From an uncultured Pelagibacteraceae bacterium (lineage in GTDB: Bacteria; Pseudomonadota; Alphaproteobacteria; Pelagibacterales; Pelagibacteraceae), in contig CACHTV010000002.1 of assembly GCA_902582875.1 (NCBI GenBank), forward strand, positions 12,024 to 76,023: a stretch of DNA of 64,000 bases. The letters run 5' to 3'. The notes below the pieces were generated by a model. It searched no databases. It had not been told where the DNA came from and saw nothing but the letters and a program-made list of their open reading frames with translations. The first letter of the stretch is position 1. Every line of letters begins with the position of its first letter. Below are positions 18,892 to 30,154 of this stretch, in pieces. Made by a program: the position numbers and the translations under genes.

Positions 18892-19882
18892 AGATAATTT
18901 TAGGAATTACGAAGAATTATTTCATATTTATTCAAAATTTAAAAAGCAATTAAGTTCTTTTAAAAAAAAAACTTTTTTAGTTGCTGTATCAGGTGGTCCA
19001 GACAGTTTAGCTTTGGCAGCTTTGGCAAAGTCTTATAGCTATGAAAAGAAATGTAGAATTTATTATGCATTAATTGATCATAATATTAGAAAAAATTCAT
19101 CTAGAGAAGCTCAATCCGTAAAAAGGTTGTTAAAAAAATATGGAATCAGTCTAAATATTTTAAAAAATAAACAATTAATAAAAAAAAATATTCAAAGTCA
19201 AGCTAGAGAAATTCGTTACAATTTATTAACAAATTTTTGTAAAAAGAAAAAAATTCAAACTATTTTAACTGCTCATAATTTAGAGGATCAAGTAGAAACA
19301 TTTTTCATTAGATTATCGAGAGGTAGTGGTTTGGACGGTCTATCTTCCATGAAACAAGTTAATAAGATTAATAAAGATATTCTTTTGGTAAGACCATTAT
19401 TGGATTTTAAGAAAATTCAATTAATAAAGATATCAAAGATTATATTTGGTAAATTTTATATAGACCCAACAAACAAAGATACAAAATATTTGCGAACTAG
19501 AATAAGAAATCTAAAAAATTCCCTTGAAAAAAGTGGAATTAATTATGATCAAATTTTTCGATCGATTAAAAATCTAGCCTCAAGCAGGGATACTCTAGAT
19601 TTATATTTTAATAGTATTTATAAAGATATGATTGACAAAAAGAGGGACAAGATTTTAATTAATTTAGAGAGTTTTAATTCTCTTAATAAAGAGATGAAAA
19701 TGAGAGTATTCAAAAAATCAATTAAAGATTTTAGCAATGCCTACTATTCACCGCGCTCAAAAAAGATATTTAACTTAATAAATCAAATTAAAAGAAAAAA
19801 AAATACAAAACTCACTCTTGGAGGGTGTATAATTTTGGGGGAGAAAAATCACATAATTTTAAAAAAAGAGAACAAAAATTAG
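18860..19882 (+). CDS. tilS: tRNA(Ile)-lysidine synthase
   Basis: AVSGGPDS, DHNIR, AREIRY, TAHNLEDQVET, RPLL, DPTN. Confidence 0.95.
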   Translation: MSKKNSNVILKDNFRNYEELFHIYSKFKKQLSSFKKKTFLVAVSGGPDSLALAALAKSYSYEKKCRIYYALIDHNIRKNSSREAQSVKRLLKKYGISLNILKNKQLIKKNIQSQAREIRYNLLTNFCKKKKIQTILTAHNLEDQVETFFIRLSRGSGLDGLSSMKQVNKINKDILLVRPLLDFKKIQLIKISKIIFGKFYIDPTNKDTKYLRTRIRNLKNSLEKSGINYDQIFRSIKNLASSRDTLDLYFNSIYKDMIDKKRDKILINLESFNSLNKEMKMRVFKKSIKDFSNAYYSPRSKKIFNLINQIKRKKNTKLTLGGCIILGEKNHIILKKENKN

Positions 19883-19977
19883 ATATTTTTCTAGATTTGT
19901 TACATTTTGACTTATTTATAACCTAATTGTGGTTAAGATATACTTGTTATATAAAATATAATGCTTATTTAAACTAT

Positions 19978-21873
19978 ATGAATTTAAAAAATTTAATTAT
20001 GTGGGTAATAATAGTCTTACTTTCAGTAGGGTTATTTAATATGTTTCAGGATCCACAAAAAATAAATGCTGAGAAGAATAAACTTCCTTTTTCTAACTTT
20101 CTAAATGAAGTTGAGGCTGGAAGAGTGGTTGAAGTTCAAATACAAGGAAATAATATTTCTGGGGTTTTATCTGATGGAAAAACTTTCAACACTTATTCTC
20201 CAAATTATCCAGAATTAGTAGAAAAATTATCTTCTAAGAATATAAGTATTAATGCTACTCCTTTAGAAGATAAGATGCCTTCACTTTTAGGTATTTTATT
20301 ATCATGGTTCCCAATGTTATTGCTTATCGGAGTTTGGATTTTCTTTATGCGTCAAATGCAGGGAGGAAAAGGTGGAGCAATGGGTTTTGGAAGGTCGAAA
20401 GCAAAATTATTAAATGAAGCTCAAGGCAAAGTTACTTTCAATGATGTAGCAGGAGTAGAAGAAGCAAAAGAAGAAGTTGAAGAGATAGTTGAATTTTTAA
20501 AAGATCCAAAAAAATTTAGTAGACTAGGTGGAAAGATTCCGAAAGGAGCATTGTTAATAGGCCCTCCAGGAACTGGAAAAACTTTATTAGCAAAAGCAAT
20601 TGCTGGTGAAGCTAATGTGCCTTTCTTTTCTATTTCTGGATCAGATTTTGTAGAAATGTTTGTTGGAGTAGGAGCGTCAAGAGTTAGAGATATGTTCGAA
20701 CAAGGAAAAAAACATTCACCGTGTATAATATTTATTGATGAAATTGATGCAGTAGGAAGAAGTAGAGGAGCAGGTCTTGGTGGAGGTAATGATGAAAGAG
20801 AACAAACTCTTAACCAGCTTTTAGTTGAGATGGATGGTTTTGATACCAACGAAGGAATTATTTTAATTGCAGCAACAAACAGACCAGATGTTTTAGATCC
20901 AGCCTTATTAAGGCCAGGGAGATTTGATAGACAAGTCGTAGTTGCTAATCCAGATATTATTGGAAGAGAAGCAATTTTAAAGGTTCACGTTAAAAAAATA
21001 AGTATTGGTCCTGATGTAAAATTAAGAACTATAGCAAGAGGCACTCCAGGATTTTCTGGAGCAGATTTGGCCAATCTAGTAAATGAGTCTGCTTTATTAG
21101 CTGCAAGAAAAAATAAAAGAGTAGTTACAATGTCAGACGTAGAAGAAGCTAAAGATAAAGTAATGATGGGAGCAGAAAGAAGATCAATGGTTATGACAGA
21201 AGAAGAAAAAAAACTTACTGCCTATCATGAAGCTGGTCATGCCATAGTAACTTTGAATGAAAAAGCAGCTCATCCGATACATAAAGCAACAATAATACCT
21301 AGAGGTAGAGCATTAGGAATGGTAATGCAATTACCAGAAAGAGACGAGCTTTCACAAACTAGAGAACAATTGCATGCACAAATGGCTATAGCTATGGGAG
21401 GTAGAGTAGCCGAGGAAATAATTTTTGGTCACGACAAAGTAACTACTGGAGCATCTAGTGATATTGAACAAGCGACAAAAAGAGCTAGAGCTATGGTAAT
21501 GAGAGCAGGTTTGAGTAAAGAACTCGGCCCAGTTCTTTATGGAGAGAATGAAGAAGAGGTATTTCTTGGAAGATCAGTAGCAAGACAACAGAATATGTCT
21601 GAAGAAACTGCAAAAAAAGTAGATGCAGAAATAAGAAAATTTGTTGAAATGGGATACGAAAGAGCTAAAAAAGTTCTTACGGACAAAATTGATGATCTTC
21701 ACAAACTTGCAAAGGCTCTTTTGATATACGAAACTTTATCTGGAGACGAGATAAGAGATTTAGTCTTAAAAAACATAAAACCAACGAGATCTTTTAAAGA
21801 GGATGAACAGGATGATGGTAAATCATCATCAGCTCTTGGTTCATTAGGTTTAAAACCAAAACCCGCAATCTAA
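19978..21873 (+). CDS. ftsH: ATP-dependent zinc metalloprotease FtsH
   Basis: Two TMs, [23 protein letters not shown]; start placed at ATG 19978 (MNLKNL). Confidence 0.97.
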   Translation: MNLKNLIMWVIIVLLSVGLFNMFQDPQKINAEKNKLPFSNFLNEVEAGRVVEVQIQGNNISGVLSDGKTFNTYSPNYPELVEKLSSKNISINATPLEDKMPSLLGILLSWFPMLLLIGVWIFFMRQMQGGKGGAMGFGRSKAKLLNEAQGKVTFNDVAGVEEAKEEVEEIVEFLKDPKKFSRLGGKIPKGALLIGPPGTGKTLLAKAIAGEANVPFFSISGSDFVEMFVGVGASRVRDMFEQGKKHSPCIIFIDEIDAVGRSRGAGLGGGNDEREQTLNQLLVEMDGFDTNEGIILIAATNRPDVLDPALLRPGRFDRQVVVANPDIIGREAILKVHVKKISIGPDVKLRTIARGTPGFSGADLANLVNESALLAARKNKRVVTMSDVEEAKDKVMMGAERRSMVMTEEEKKLTAYHEAGHAIVTLNEKAAHPIHKATIIPRGRALGMVMQLPERDELSQTREQLHAQMAIAMGGRVAEEIIFGHDKVTTGASSDIEQATKRARAMVMRAGLSKELGPVLYGENEEEVFLGRSVARQQNMSEETAKKVDAEIRKFVEMGYERAKKVLTDKIDDLHKLAKALLIYETLSGDEIRDLVLKNIKPTRSFKEDEQDDGKSSSALGSLGLKPKPAI

Positions 21874-21879
21874 ATAAGC

Positions 21880-22947
21880 ATGACAAAATATTACACAAGA
21901 GCGTGTAATTTTTATTATGGTATTAACGCAAAGGAACTAATCAAAAAAAAGCTAGCTTTACCACTTTGTGGCAATACAAATATTGCTTTTGATAAAGTAG
22001 AAATTACTATAAGAAAAAAACATAAAGTTTCATCTAAGATGATTAATCTTAAAAAGATTGATACTTTAAGCACTTCCTCTAGAAAAAAAGTTAAGCAAGA
22101 TTTAAAAAAGATAGTTTTGAAAAGAAAAAATTTTTTAAAGAATGTAAACTTTTTAGAGCCATCGATTATGGGGATTTTAAATTTAACTCCAGATAGTTTT
22201 TCAGATGGAGGAAAATTTAATAATCAAAGAAAAGCAAAAAATCATATTTTTAATATGATAAAAGCTGGAGCAAACATCATCGATATAGGAGGTGAGTCTA
22301 CTAGACCTGGTTCAAAAACAGTTTTAACAAATATGGAATGGAAAAGAATTGAGAATGTTGTAAAAAATTTTAAAAAAAAACATAAGAAAACTTGTTTGTC
22401 CATAGACACTAGAAAATCAGAAGTAATGGTTAAAGCAATAAAATATCGTGCAGATTTAATTAATGATGTTTCCGGCTTTAATTATGATAGTCAATCTTTA
22501 TCAAAATTAAAAAAATTTAACATTGCAAAAGTTCTTCATCATATGCAAGGCACACCTAAAACTATGCAAAAAAGTCCAAAATACAAAAATGTTTTATTAG
22601 ATATTTATGATTTTTTTGAAAAAAGTATAAAAAAAATTCATAATAAAAAAATAGTTATAGATCCTGGCATTGGTTTTGGTAAAAATTTGAAACATAATTT
22701 GACTTTAATTTCAAAGATATCTTTGTTTCATAGTCTTGGGCTACCTATATTGATAGGCACCTCTAGAAAAAGATTTATTAGTCAAATTTCTGGTGTTAAT
22801 GATAGTGAGGAAAGAATTGGAGGAACTATTGCTTCTGTTTTATATTTGTTATCTCAGGGAGTTCAGATTTTTAGAGTACACAATGTTAATGAAGTCAAAC
22901 AAGGAATTTTAGTATTTAGGAAAATTTTATCTAATCTTAAAAATTAA
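21880..22947 (+). CDS. folP: Dihydropteroate synthase
   Basis: MGILNLTPDSFSDGG, DIGGESTRPG, DPGIGFGK, GTSRKRF, RVHNV. Confidence 0.96.
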   Translation: MTKYYTRACNFYYGINAKELIKKKLALPLCGNTNIAFDKVEITIRKKHKVSSKMINLKKIDTLSTSSRKKVKQDLKKIVLKRKNFLKNVNFLEPSIMGILNLTPDSFSDGGKFNNQRKAKNHIFNMIKAGANIIDIGGESTRPGSKTVLTNMEWKRIENVVKNFKKKHKKTCLSIDTRKSEVMVKAIKYRADLINDVSGFNYDSQSLSKLKKFNIAKVLHHMQGTPKTMQKSPKYKNVLLDIYDFFEKSIKKIHNKKIVIDPGIGFGKNLKHNLTLISKISLFHSLGLPILIGTSRKRFISQISGVNDSEERIGGTIASVLYLLSQGVQIFRVHNVNEVKQGILVFRKILSNLKN

Positions 22948-24281
22948 TGAAAAACAAATATTTTGGAACCGATGGAATTCGAGGGACTGTTAATCAAGGA
23001 AATATTACTGGTGAAAAATTTTTTAAATTTGGTTTAGCTTCTGGAACATATTTTAAGAATCAAAAAAAATCTAAACAAGTTGCAATTATAGCTAAAGATA
23101 CCAGGCTATCAGGATATACTCTGGAACCCGCATTAGTATCTGGTTTAGTATCTGGAGGAATGCATGTTTTTACATTAGGACCATTACCAACAAATGGCCT
23201 TGCAATGTTAACAAAGTCTATGAAAGCTAATATGGGGATTATGATTACTGCTTCTCATAATCCTTATCATGATAACGGTCTTAAATTGTTTGGACCAGAT
23301 GGTATGAAATTATCCGATCAGATAGAAAAAAAAATTGAAAAACTTATTGATGCAAAAAACACAAAACAACTTACTAACCCCAAATCACTAGGGAGAGTTA
23401 AAAGATTAGAAGATGGAAATGATAAATATATTAATATTTTAAGAAAAAATTTTCCAAAAAACTTTCATTTAAAAGGCACAAAAATAGTTCTGGATTGTGC
23501 TAATGGAGCTGGATATAAGGCTGCTCCAAAATTGTTAAAAGAGCTAGGAGCAAAAGTAATATCTTTAGGCATAAACCCTAACGGTTTTAATATTAACGAG
23601 AAGTGTGGTTCTATGAATCCCTCTAAAATCAGATCAGCTGTTAAAAAATTTAAAGCTCATGTTGGAATTTCGTTTGATGGAGATGCTGACAGAATTATTA
23701 TGTGTGATGAAAAAGGAAAGCTTATAGATGGAGATCAAATTATTGCTATGTTAGCTAGAAGATGGAAGTCAAAAAAAATTTTAAGAGGAGGAGTAGTAGG
23801 AACTCTGATGTCTAATTATGGTTTGGAAAATTTTTTAAGAGAAGAAAAGATAAAATTTCATAGGTCCAAAGTAGGGGACAGATACGTCAAAGAAAAAATG
23901 AAGAAGTTTAATTTTAATTTAGGTGGAGAACAGTCTGGACATATAATTTTAGGAAAGTTTGCAACCACTGGAGACGGATTAATGGTAGCTTTAGAAGTTT
24001 TATTTTCTTTAAGGAAAAGAAAAAAAGCAAGTAAATTATTAAATGTCTTTAAACCTTTACCTCAAATTTTAGAAAATATTATTGTTAAAGATAAAAATAT
24101 AATTAACAAAACTAAATGTAAAAATGCAATTAAAAAAGCTAATAAGCTTATGAGTAATAATGGAAGAATTTTAGTTAGAAAATCTGGAACTGAACCTAAA
24201 ATTAGAGTCATGGCTGAGTCACATAATAAAAGTTTAATTTTAAAATGCATCAAAACAATTAAACAATCAATAAAAAATTGA
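22947..24281 (+). CDS. glmM: Phosphoglucosamine mutase
   Basis: FGTDGIRG, ITASHNP, DGDADR, GGEQSGH, RKSGTEP. Confidence 0.96.
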   Translation: MKNKYFGTDGIRGTVNQGNITGEKFFKFGLASGTYFKNQKKSKQVAIIAKDTRLSGYTLEPALVSGLVSGGMHVFTLGPLPTNGLAMLTKSMKANMGIMITASHNPYHDNGLKLFGPDGMKLSDQIEKKIEKLIDAKNTKQLTNPKSLGRVKRLEDGNDKYINILRKNFPKNFHLKGTKIVLDCANGAGYKAAPKLLKELGAKVISLGINPNGFNINEKCGSMNPSKIRSAVKKFKAHVGISFDGDADRIIMCDEKGKLIDGDQIIAMLARRWKSKKILRGGVVGTLMSNYGLENFLREEKIKFHRSKVGDRYVKEKMKKFNFNLGGEQSGHIILGKFATTGDGLMVALEVLFSLRKRKKASKLLNVFKPLPQILENIIVKDKNIINKTKCKNAIKKANKLMSNNGRILVRKSGTEPKIRVMAESHNKSLILKCIKTIKQSIKN

Positions 24282-25090
24282 AAATCAAATCTAAAATTTT
24301 AATAATCGCTGGTTCTGATTCTTCAGGGGGAGCAGGAATCCAGGCAGATATTAAAACAGTTACCGCACTAGGTTGCTATGCAATGACCGCAGTAACTGCT
24401 GTTACAATTCAAAACACAAAAGGATTAACAGCTGTTATTCCTATCAAACCTAAAGAGATATCAAGTCAAATTCTTTTTACATGTAAAGATATAAAACCTA
24501 ATGGAATAAAGATTGGTATGCTTCATTCGTCTCAAGTGATTAAATCTGTAGCAAATACCTTAAAGAGAATAAAAGCTACTAATATAGTTTTAGACCCTGT
24601 TATGGTTGCTAAAGGTGGGGCTAGATTAATCAGTCAATCAGCAATTAAAACTTTAAAAGATAGATTGATAAAAAAAGCTTATTTGATAACACCAAACATT
24701 CCTGAAGCAGAAGTTTTAACAAATATAAAAATCAAAAGCCTCAAGGATATGATTCATGCTGCCAATATTTTGCTGAAGTTAGGAGCTAAGAATATTTTAT
24801 TGAAAGGAGGCCATAGAAAATCAAAATATATGCAAGATATTCTTTTAAATAGAAAAGAGATCATCATTTTTAAAAACAAAAAAATTAAAACTAAAAATAC
24901 TCATGGAACTGGTTGTACTTTATCTAGTGCAATTGCAACATTTTTATCATGTGGAAAACCTTTAAAGAAATCCTGTGAGTTAGGAATTAAATATGTTAAC
25001 CAAGCTATAGGATCTAATCCTAATTATGGTAAAGGACATGGCCCTATAAACCATTTAAACTCAATAATAATAAATAAAAAATTTAGATAA
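24278..25090 (+). CDS. thiD: HMP/HMP-P kinase (TTG start)
   Basis: [44 protein letters not shown]. Confidence 0.96.
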   Translation: MKIKSKILIIAGSDSSGGAGIQADIKTVTALGCYAMTAVTAVTIQNTKGLTAVIPIKPKEISSQILFTCKDIKPNGIKIGMLHSSQVIKSVANTLKRIKATNIVLDPVMVAKGGARLISQSAIKTLKDRLIKKAYLITPNIPEAEVLTNIKIKSLKDMIHAANILLKLGAKNILLKGGHRKSKYMQDILLNRKEIIIFKNKKIKTKNTHGTGCTLSSAIATFLSCGKPLKKSCELGIKYVNQAIGSNPNYGKGHGPINHLNSIIINKKFR

Positions 25091-26382
25091 TGAAAAATGT
25101 AGTTGTAGTAGGTTCGCAGTGGGGAGATGAAGGCAAAGGAAAAATAGTTGACTGGTTATCTAGTGAAGCTGATGTAGTTGTACGTTTTCAAGGAGGACAT
25201 AATGCTGGACATACTTTAGTTATTGACAAAAAAGTTTTTAAGTTAAGACTGCTACCTTCCGGTATAGTTAGAGTTGGAAAGATTTCAGTTTTGGGTAATG
25301 GCGTAGTTATAGATCCTTGGGCTTTACTAGATGAGATTAATGAAATTAAAAAAAAAGGAATAAATGTAAGTCCAGACAATTTTATGATTTCAGAGTCTGC
25401 GTCTTTAATACTCCCATTTCATAAAGAAATGGATGAAATAAGAGAAGATGCTGCAGGTAAAAGTAAAATTGGAACGACAAGGAGAGGCATTGGACCTTGT
25501 TATGAAGACAAAGTTGGAAGACGCTCTATTCGCGTGATGGACTTAAGATCAAAAAGTAATCTAGATAGAAGATTGGAAAATGTTTTATTACACCACAACG
25601 CTATTAGAAAAGGTTTAAAAAAAAAGGTTTATAAAAAAGATATTCTTAAAAAAAAATTATTAAAAATTGCTCCTGACATTTTAAAATTTGCGCAACCTGT
25701 TTGGTTAAAATTAGATGAATTTATAAAAGATAGAAAAAAAATATTATTTGAGGGAGCTCAAGGAATACTTCTAGACGTAGACCATGGAACCTATCCTTAT
25801 GTTACTTCATCTAATACAGTTCCTGCAATGGCTGCAACAGGATCTGGATTGGGGCCTAATAATATAAATTATGTCTTAGGCATAACAAAAGCCTATACAA
25901 CCAGAGTTGGTAGCGGGCCTTTTCCCACTGAACTTAAAAATAAGATAGGTGAAAGCTTAGGTAAAAGAGGAAAAGAGTTTGGAACTGTTACTGCAAGAAA
26001 GAGGAGATGTGGTTGGTTTGATGGAGTTTTAGTTCGTCAAACAATCAAAATTGCAGGCATAAATGCGATTGCGTTAACTAAACTAGATGTTTTAGATGAA
26101 TTAGATGAAATTAAAATGTGCGTAGATTATGAATTAAATGGAAAAAAAATAAATTATTTACCTACATCTTCTGAAGATCAATCTAAAATTAAACCTATTT
26201 ATAAAACTTTCCCAGGATGGAAAACTTCAACTCAAGGCGTAAGAAACATTAAAGATTTACCAGAAAAAGCTAAAAACTACATCTATGCTTTAGAAGATTT
26301 TATTGGTGCTAAGGTTTCAAGTATTTCTACAAGTCCAGAAAGAGACGATACAATTTTAATTGAAGATCCTTTTAAAGTTTAA
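25090..26382 (+). CDS. purA: Adenylosuccinate synthetase
   Basis: [38 protein letters not shown]. Confidence 0.98.
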   Translation: MKNVVVVGSQWGDEGKGKIVDWLSSEADVVVRFQGGHNAGHTLVIDKKVFKLRLLPSGIVRVGKISVLGNGVVIDPWALLDEINEIKKKGINVSPDNFMISESASLILPFHKEMDEIREDAAGKSKIGTTRRGIGPCYEDKVGRRSIRVMDLRSKSNLDRRLENVLLHHNAIRKGLKKKVYKKDILKKKLLKIAPDILKFAQPVWLKLDEFIKDRKKILFEGAQGILLDVDHGTYPYVTSSNTVPAMAATGSGLGPNNINYVLGITKAYTTRVGSGPFPTELKNKIGESLGKRGKEFGTVTARKRRCGWFDGVLVRQTIKIAGINAIALTKLDVLDELDEIKMCVDYELNGKKINYLPTSSEDQSKIKPIYKTFPGWKTSTQGVRNIKDLPEKAKNYIYALEDFIGAKVSSISTSPERDDTILIEDPFKV

Positions 26383-27275
26383 TTTGCAGGTAGTAAATTT
26401 TTTGATTTACTAGCATTAATCATAGATTTCTGTAATTTTTCAAAAGCTTTAGTTTCTATTTGTCTTATTCTTTCTCTGCTAATTTTGTATTTCTTACTTA
26501 ATTCTTCTAAAGTTTTTGGATTTTCAGAAAGTCTTCGCTCATTAATAATTTCTTTTTCTCTATCATCTAAAATTTTCATTGCACTATTCAACAATTCTTT
26601 TTTGTCATCATATTCTTGTTTTTGAGAAACTATTAATTCTTGATCCAAACTTTTATCGACCAACCAATCTTGCCATTCATCTGTTTCACCACTTTTAATT
26701 GGATCATTTAAAGATTCTTCTTTTCCCATCATTCTTCTGTTCATGTTTACTACTTCTTCGGAGTTAACATCTAGTCTCTTTGAAATTTCATCAACTTGTT
26801 CATCTTTTAAATCACCTTCCTGACCAGGAGCTATTTGATTTTTAAGTTTCTTTAAATTAAAAAAAAGTTTTTTTTGAGCAGTTGTAGTTCCCATTTTAAC
26901 TAGACTCCAAGATCTTAAAACATATTCTTGTATTGACGCTTTAATCCACCACATTGCATAAGTAGCTAGTCTAAAACCTTTATCTGGGTCAAATTTTTTT
27001 ACAGCTTGCATTAAACCTATATTTCCCTCTGATATTAATTCATTTACAGGCAATCCATATCCGCGATAACCCATAGCAATTTTTGCAACTAACCTTAAGT
27101 GGCTGGTAACTAATTTATGAGCAGACTGCAAATTTCCATTCTCTCTCCAATTTTTTGCTAACATATATTCCTCTTCAGCGTCCAACATTGGAAATTTTTT
27201 GATTTGAGCTAAATACAAAGAAAGACCTCCCACTGTAGGGGTAGGCAAATTACTTATCGTTTTTTCTTTACTCAT
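26379..27275 (-). CDS. rpoH: RNA polymerase sigma-32 factor
   Basis: [13 protein letters not shown], RpoH box [17 protein letters not shown]. Confidence 0.96.
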   Translation of the reverse strand: MSKEKTISNLPTPTVGGLSLYLAQIKKFPMLDAEEEYMLAKNWRENGNLQSAHKLVTSHLRLVAKIAMGYRGYGLPVNELISEGNIGLMQAVKKFDPDKGFRLATYAMWWIKASIQEYVLRSWSLVKMGTTTAQKKLFFNLKKLKNQIAPGQEGDLKDEQVDEISKRLDVNSEEVVNMNRRMMGKEESLNDPIKSGETDEWQDWLVDKSLDQELIVSQKQEYDDKKELLNSAMKILDDREKEIINERRLSENPKTLEELSKKYKISRERIRQIETKAFEKLQKSMINASKSKNLLPAN

Positions 27276-27305
27276 ATTTTTGATTTATATATTAAAATTT
27301 ATTTT

Positions 27306-28286
27306 TCAACCAGAGAGATTTTTTAATAATTCCAACAATTTCTTAAAATCATTAGGTAATTCAGACTCAAAATTAACCCTTTTATTTTTGGAAGGATGAA
27401 TAAAACCTAAACTTTTTGCATGCAGAGCTTGACCGTTAAGAACAGAAAGTTTTTCAAAAAAATCTTCATTTATTTTTTTAAATTTGATATTTTTTTTTCC
27501 ATATTGATTATCACCTAGTAAAGATGTGCCTTTGTATTTCATATGCACTCTTATCTGATGTGTTCTTCCAGTTTCCAATTCACATTCAATTAAACTAATT
27601 TTTGGAATATCTTTTATATTAAACACTTTAATTGTTTTATAATTTGTAATTGCTTTTTTTCCATTAAAATCACTAACCATCATTAACTGCCTATTTTTTT
27701 TATTTCTAGCAATTAATGTCTCTATTCGACCTTGCAGCGGTCTTATAATTCCCCAGACTAAGCATAAATATTTTCTTTTAATAGAATGTTCACTAAATTG
27801 TTTTCCAAGATTTGAGTGAGATAAATTATTTTTTGCAATTACTAATAAGCCACTAGTTTCTTTATCTATTCTATGGACTATTCCAGGTCTTAATTCACCA
27901 TTAATATTAGATAATTTATTTTTATATTTATAAACTAACGCATTTGCTAAAGTATTTTCATAATTACTAGCACCTGGATGGACAACCATTCCTTTTGGCT
28001 TATTTATAATCAAAATATCTTTATCTTCAAAACGAATATCTAATTTAATTTTGCTGGGCAATAATTTATCTGAGCTTTTAATTAAAAATTCAACTATTAC
28101 TGAGTCATTGGTCTTAACTTTTTTTGATGGTGAATCAGTTATTTTTTTATTGATTTTTACATTGTTAGACTCAATAATTTTTTTGATATTTGATCTCGTC
28201 AAATGGTATATTTGTTCTGATAAAAAAATATCTAGTCTTTTACCATTATCTTTTTTTCTTACTAAGAATTTCATTGAGTTATTCAT
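27306..28286 (-). CDS. rluD: RluA/RluD-family pseudouridine synthase
   Basis: S4 domain, NKPKGMVVHP, HRIDKETSG, GRTHQIRVH, QALHA. Confidence 0.92.
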   Translation of the reverse strand: MNNSMKFLVRKKDNGKRLDIFLSEQIYHLTRSNIKKIIESNNVKINKKITDSPSKKVKTNDSVIVEFLIKSSDKLLPSKIKLDIRFEDKDILIINKPKGMVVHPGASNYENTLANALVYKYKNKLSNINGELRPGIVHRIDKETSGLLVIAKNNLSHSNLGKQFSEHSIKRKYLCLVWGIIRPLQGRIETLIARNKKNRQLMMVSDFNGKKAITNYKTIKVFNIKDIPKISLIECELETGRTHQIRVHMKYKGTSLLGDNQYGKKNIKFKKINEDFFEKLSVLNGQALHAKSLGFIHPSKNKRVNFESELPNDFKKLLELLKNLSG

Positions 28287-28311
28287 GATTTAATTTAGAT
28301 TATAGCCAAAT

Positions 28312-28388
28312 GCGTTCGTAGCTCAACTGGATAGAGCGCCTGACTTCGGATCAGGAGGTTGAGGGTTCAAATCCTTCCGGGCGCACCA
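28312..28388 (+). tRNA. tRNA-Arg (anticodon TCG)
   Basis: GCGTTCGTAGCTCAACTGGATAGAGCGCCTGACTTCGGATCAGGAGGTTGAGGGTTCAAATCCTTCCGGGCGCACCA; anticodon stem CCTGA/TCAGG, loop CT-TCG-GA; A20 Arg identity element. Confidence 0.95.
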
Positions 28389-28392
28389 CAAA

Positions 28393-29199
28393 TTAGATAA
28401 TCCATTTTTTTAATTTATCTTTATTTTCAAGAATATATTTTGGAAACGATGAATCAACTTCTATTTTCTTTAAGTTATAACCTCTTTCAAAAATATCTTG
28501 TCCTTTTTTAATTTTCAAACTTATATTTTCTTCATTTGCTATATCATCTTTATTAAATTCTCCGTGAGCGAATGATTTTATTTTTTTTGATATATTTTCT
28601 GGAGTCTGAAGATAGGCAAAATGCCAGCCTCCATTTTTAATTATCTGTAAATTTCTTGTTTTATCAATTCTCCAAAAAGAATATTTCTTAAATTTTAAAT
28701 TTCTTAACCATTGAGGGGATTTAAAATTTTTTTTTAAACAAATTTTTGATCCATGCCAATTATTTTCTTTTAAATTTAGAAAGTTCAATTTGTACATAAA
28801 CATTTTTTGAGAAAAAACAGCATACTTGTTTTTATCATATTCATTAAGTTTATTTAGATCAGGTATTTCATCTACGTCTGATAAAATAATTAAATCATTA
28901 TCATTAGCATCCTTTAAACCTTTCATAATAGAATTTCTTTGGTGTTGTTCTACTAAAGATTCACCGCCTTCATGAGGTTTTTTTATGTTTTCAGGAGTAT
29001 CATCTACTACAATATAATTTATTTTATCTTTAAATTTTTTATATTTATTAATATCGAAATGTAATTTTTTTTGTTTCCCTTGATGGTTAACTGTGGACTC
29101 CACTATTACAAATTTATCTACGAATTCATTTAAAATATTAAACCTCAAATCGACTATATAATCTTCGTTAAAATATTGGAAGCAGTCAAATATTGCCAT
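28393..29199 (-). CDS. Glycosyltransferase family 17 (beta-1,4-GlcNAc transferase-like)
   Basis: IFDCFQYFNE, LRFNILNEFVDKFVIVES, EQHQRN, ILSDVDEIP, GGWHF, KIKSFAH. Confidence 0.85.
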   Translation of the reverse strand: MAIFDCFQYFNEDYIVDLRFNILNEFVDKFVIVESTVNHQGKQKKLHFDINKYKKFKDKINYIVVDDTPENIKKPHEGGESLVEQHQRNSIMKGLKDANDNDLIILSDVDEIPDLNKLNEYDKNKYAVFSQKMFMYKLNFLNLKENNWHGSKICLKKNFKSPQWLRNLKFKKYSFWRIDKTRNLQIIKNGGWHFAYLQTPENISKKIKSFAHGEFNKDDIANEENISLKIKKGQDIFERGYNLKKIEVDSSFPKYILENKDKLKKWII

Positions 29200-29205
29200 A
29201 TATTT

Positions 29206-30144
29206 TTAATTAAAGTACCTGTCTTCAGTTTTCATATAAAACTCAGAATGTCCTAAATTTAGGATTTTAGAAACTTTTTTTAAAAGTTTTATTTGGCCAG
29301 TTATAAGCATTAAACTAATAAATTCTTTCTCTTTTTCGACGATTAATTTCTTTCCAGATTCTATTAAAAAATTTGGGATAAATATCATGTCCATCTCTGC
29401 AGGGGTTCTTGTAATATGAGGTCCTATTTTTTGCCAATCAGAAACTATATATCCTAATTTATACAAAAGATCTGTTACTTCTGTCCAGGCAGGTTCTTTT
29501 TTGTACATCGGAAATATCTGAACTTCACATTTTATGATTAGAGGCCTATAACTTTCTAAACCTTTTAGAATTTCTAATTCAGCTCCTTGAGTATCGATCT
29601 TTAAATAGTCTAATGTATTAATATTTAATTCTTTTAGACTTGAAGACAAAGTATCACATTCAACCATTTCAGTTTTACTTACATCAAATAAATGAAAGTC
29701 TTTTTCTTTAAAACCATAAATTGTTAATGATTTTTTATTAGGTTCATACATCGAAGAACTTTGAGGTCTTTTGCTGAGAATATAAAGTTTTCTTACGCCT
29801 TTAGAACTCCAAAGTCCTTTATTAATGGTATGTTTGCTTTGTTCACCTTGTAAAGAATTTTTTAATGGATCAACCAAGATAGTCTCGAAGTATTTATTAT
29901 ATTTATCTGGAAAAAATTTATCTGAATTAAATCCTCCTTGAGCTCCCACATCTAGACCAATTAATTTTTTATTTTTTAGCAATACTTCAATATTTTTTTG
30001 AAAATTATATGTGTTGTTTGCGTTAATTTTTTTATCTTTAAGAAAATTTATTGTTCTTGTATTAGCCTTTAATAATTGAAGAATTTTATGTAAAAATGGT
30101 AATAATAGTTTCGTTATACTTATTCTTATTTTTCTTAGAAACAT
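29206..30144 (-). CDS. FkbM-family SAM-dependent methyltransferase
   Basis: LDVGAQGG and DYLKIDTQGAELEILKG. Confidence 0.85.
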   Translation of the reverse strand: MFLRKIRISITKLLLPFLHKILQLLKANTRTINFLKDKKINANNTYNFQKNIEVLLKNKKLIGLDVGAQGGFNSDKFFPDKYNKYFETILVDPLKNSLQGEQSKHTINKGLWSSKGVRKLYILSKRPQSSSMYEPNKKSLTIYGFKEKDFHLFDVSKTEMVECDTLSSSLKELNINTLDYLKIDTQGAELEILKGLESYRPLIIKCEVQIFPMYKKEPAWTEVTDLLYKLGYIVSDWQKIGPHITRTPAEMDMIFIPNFLIESGKKLIVEKEKEFISLMLITGQIKLLKKVSKILNLGHSEFYMKTEDRYFN

Positions 30145-30154
30145 AAAAGATTTT

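Noticed and set aside
19927-19977. N-terminal extensions in the track for ftsH (also csp, ispA, GT2 and GFA)
   Set aside because: Downstream ATGs fit family N-termini, SD position or stop-start overlaps better
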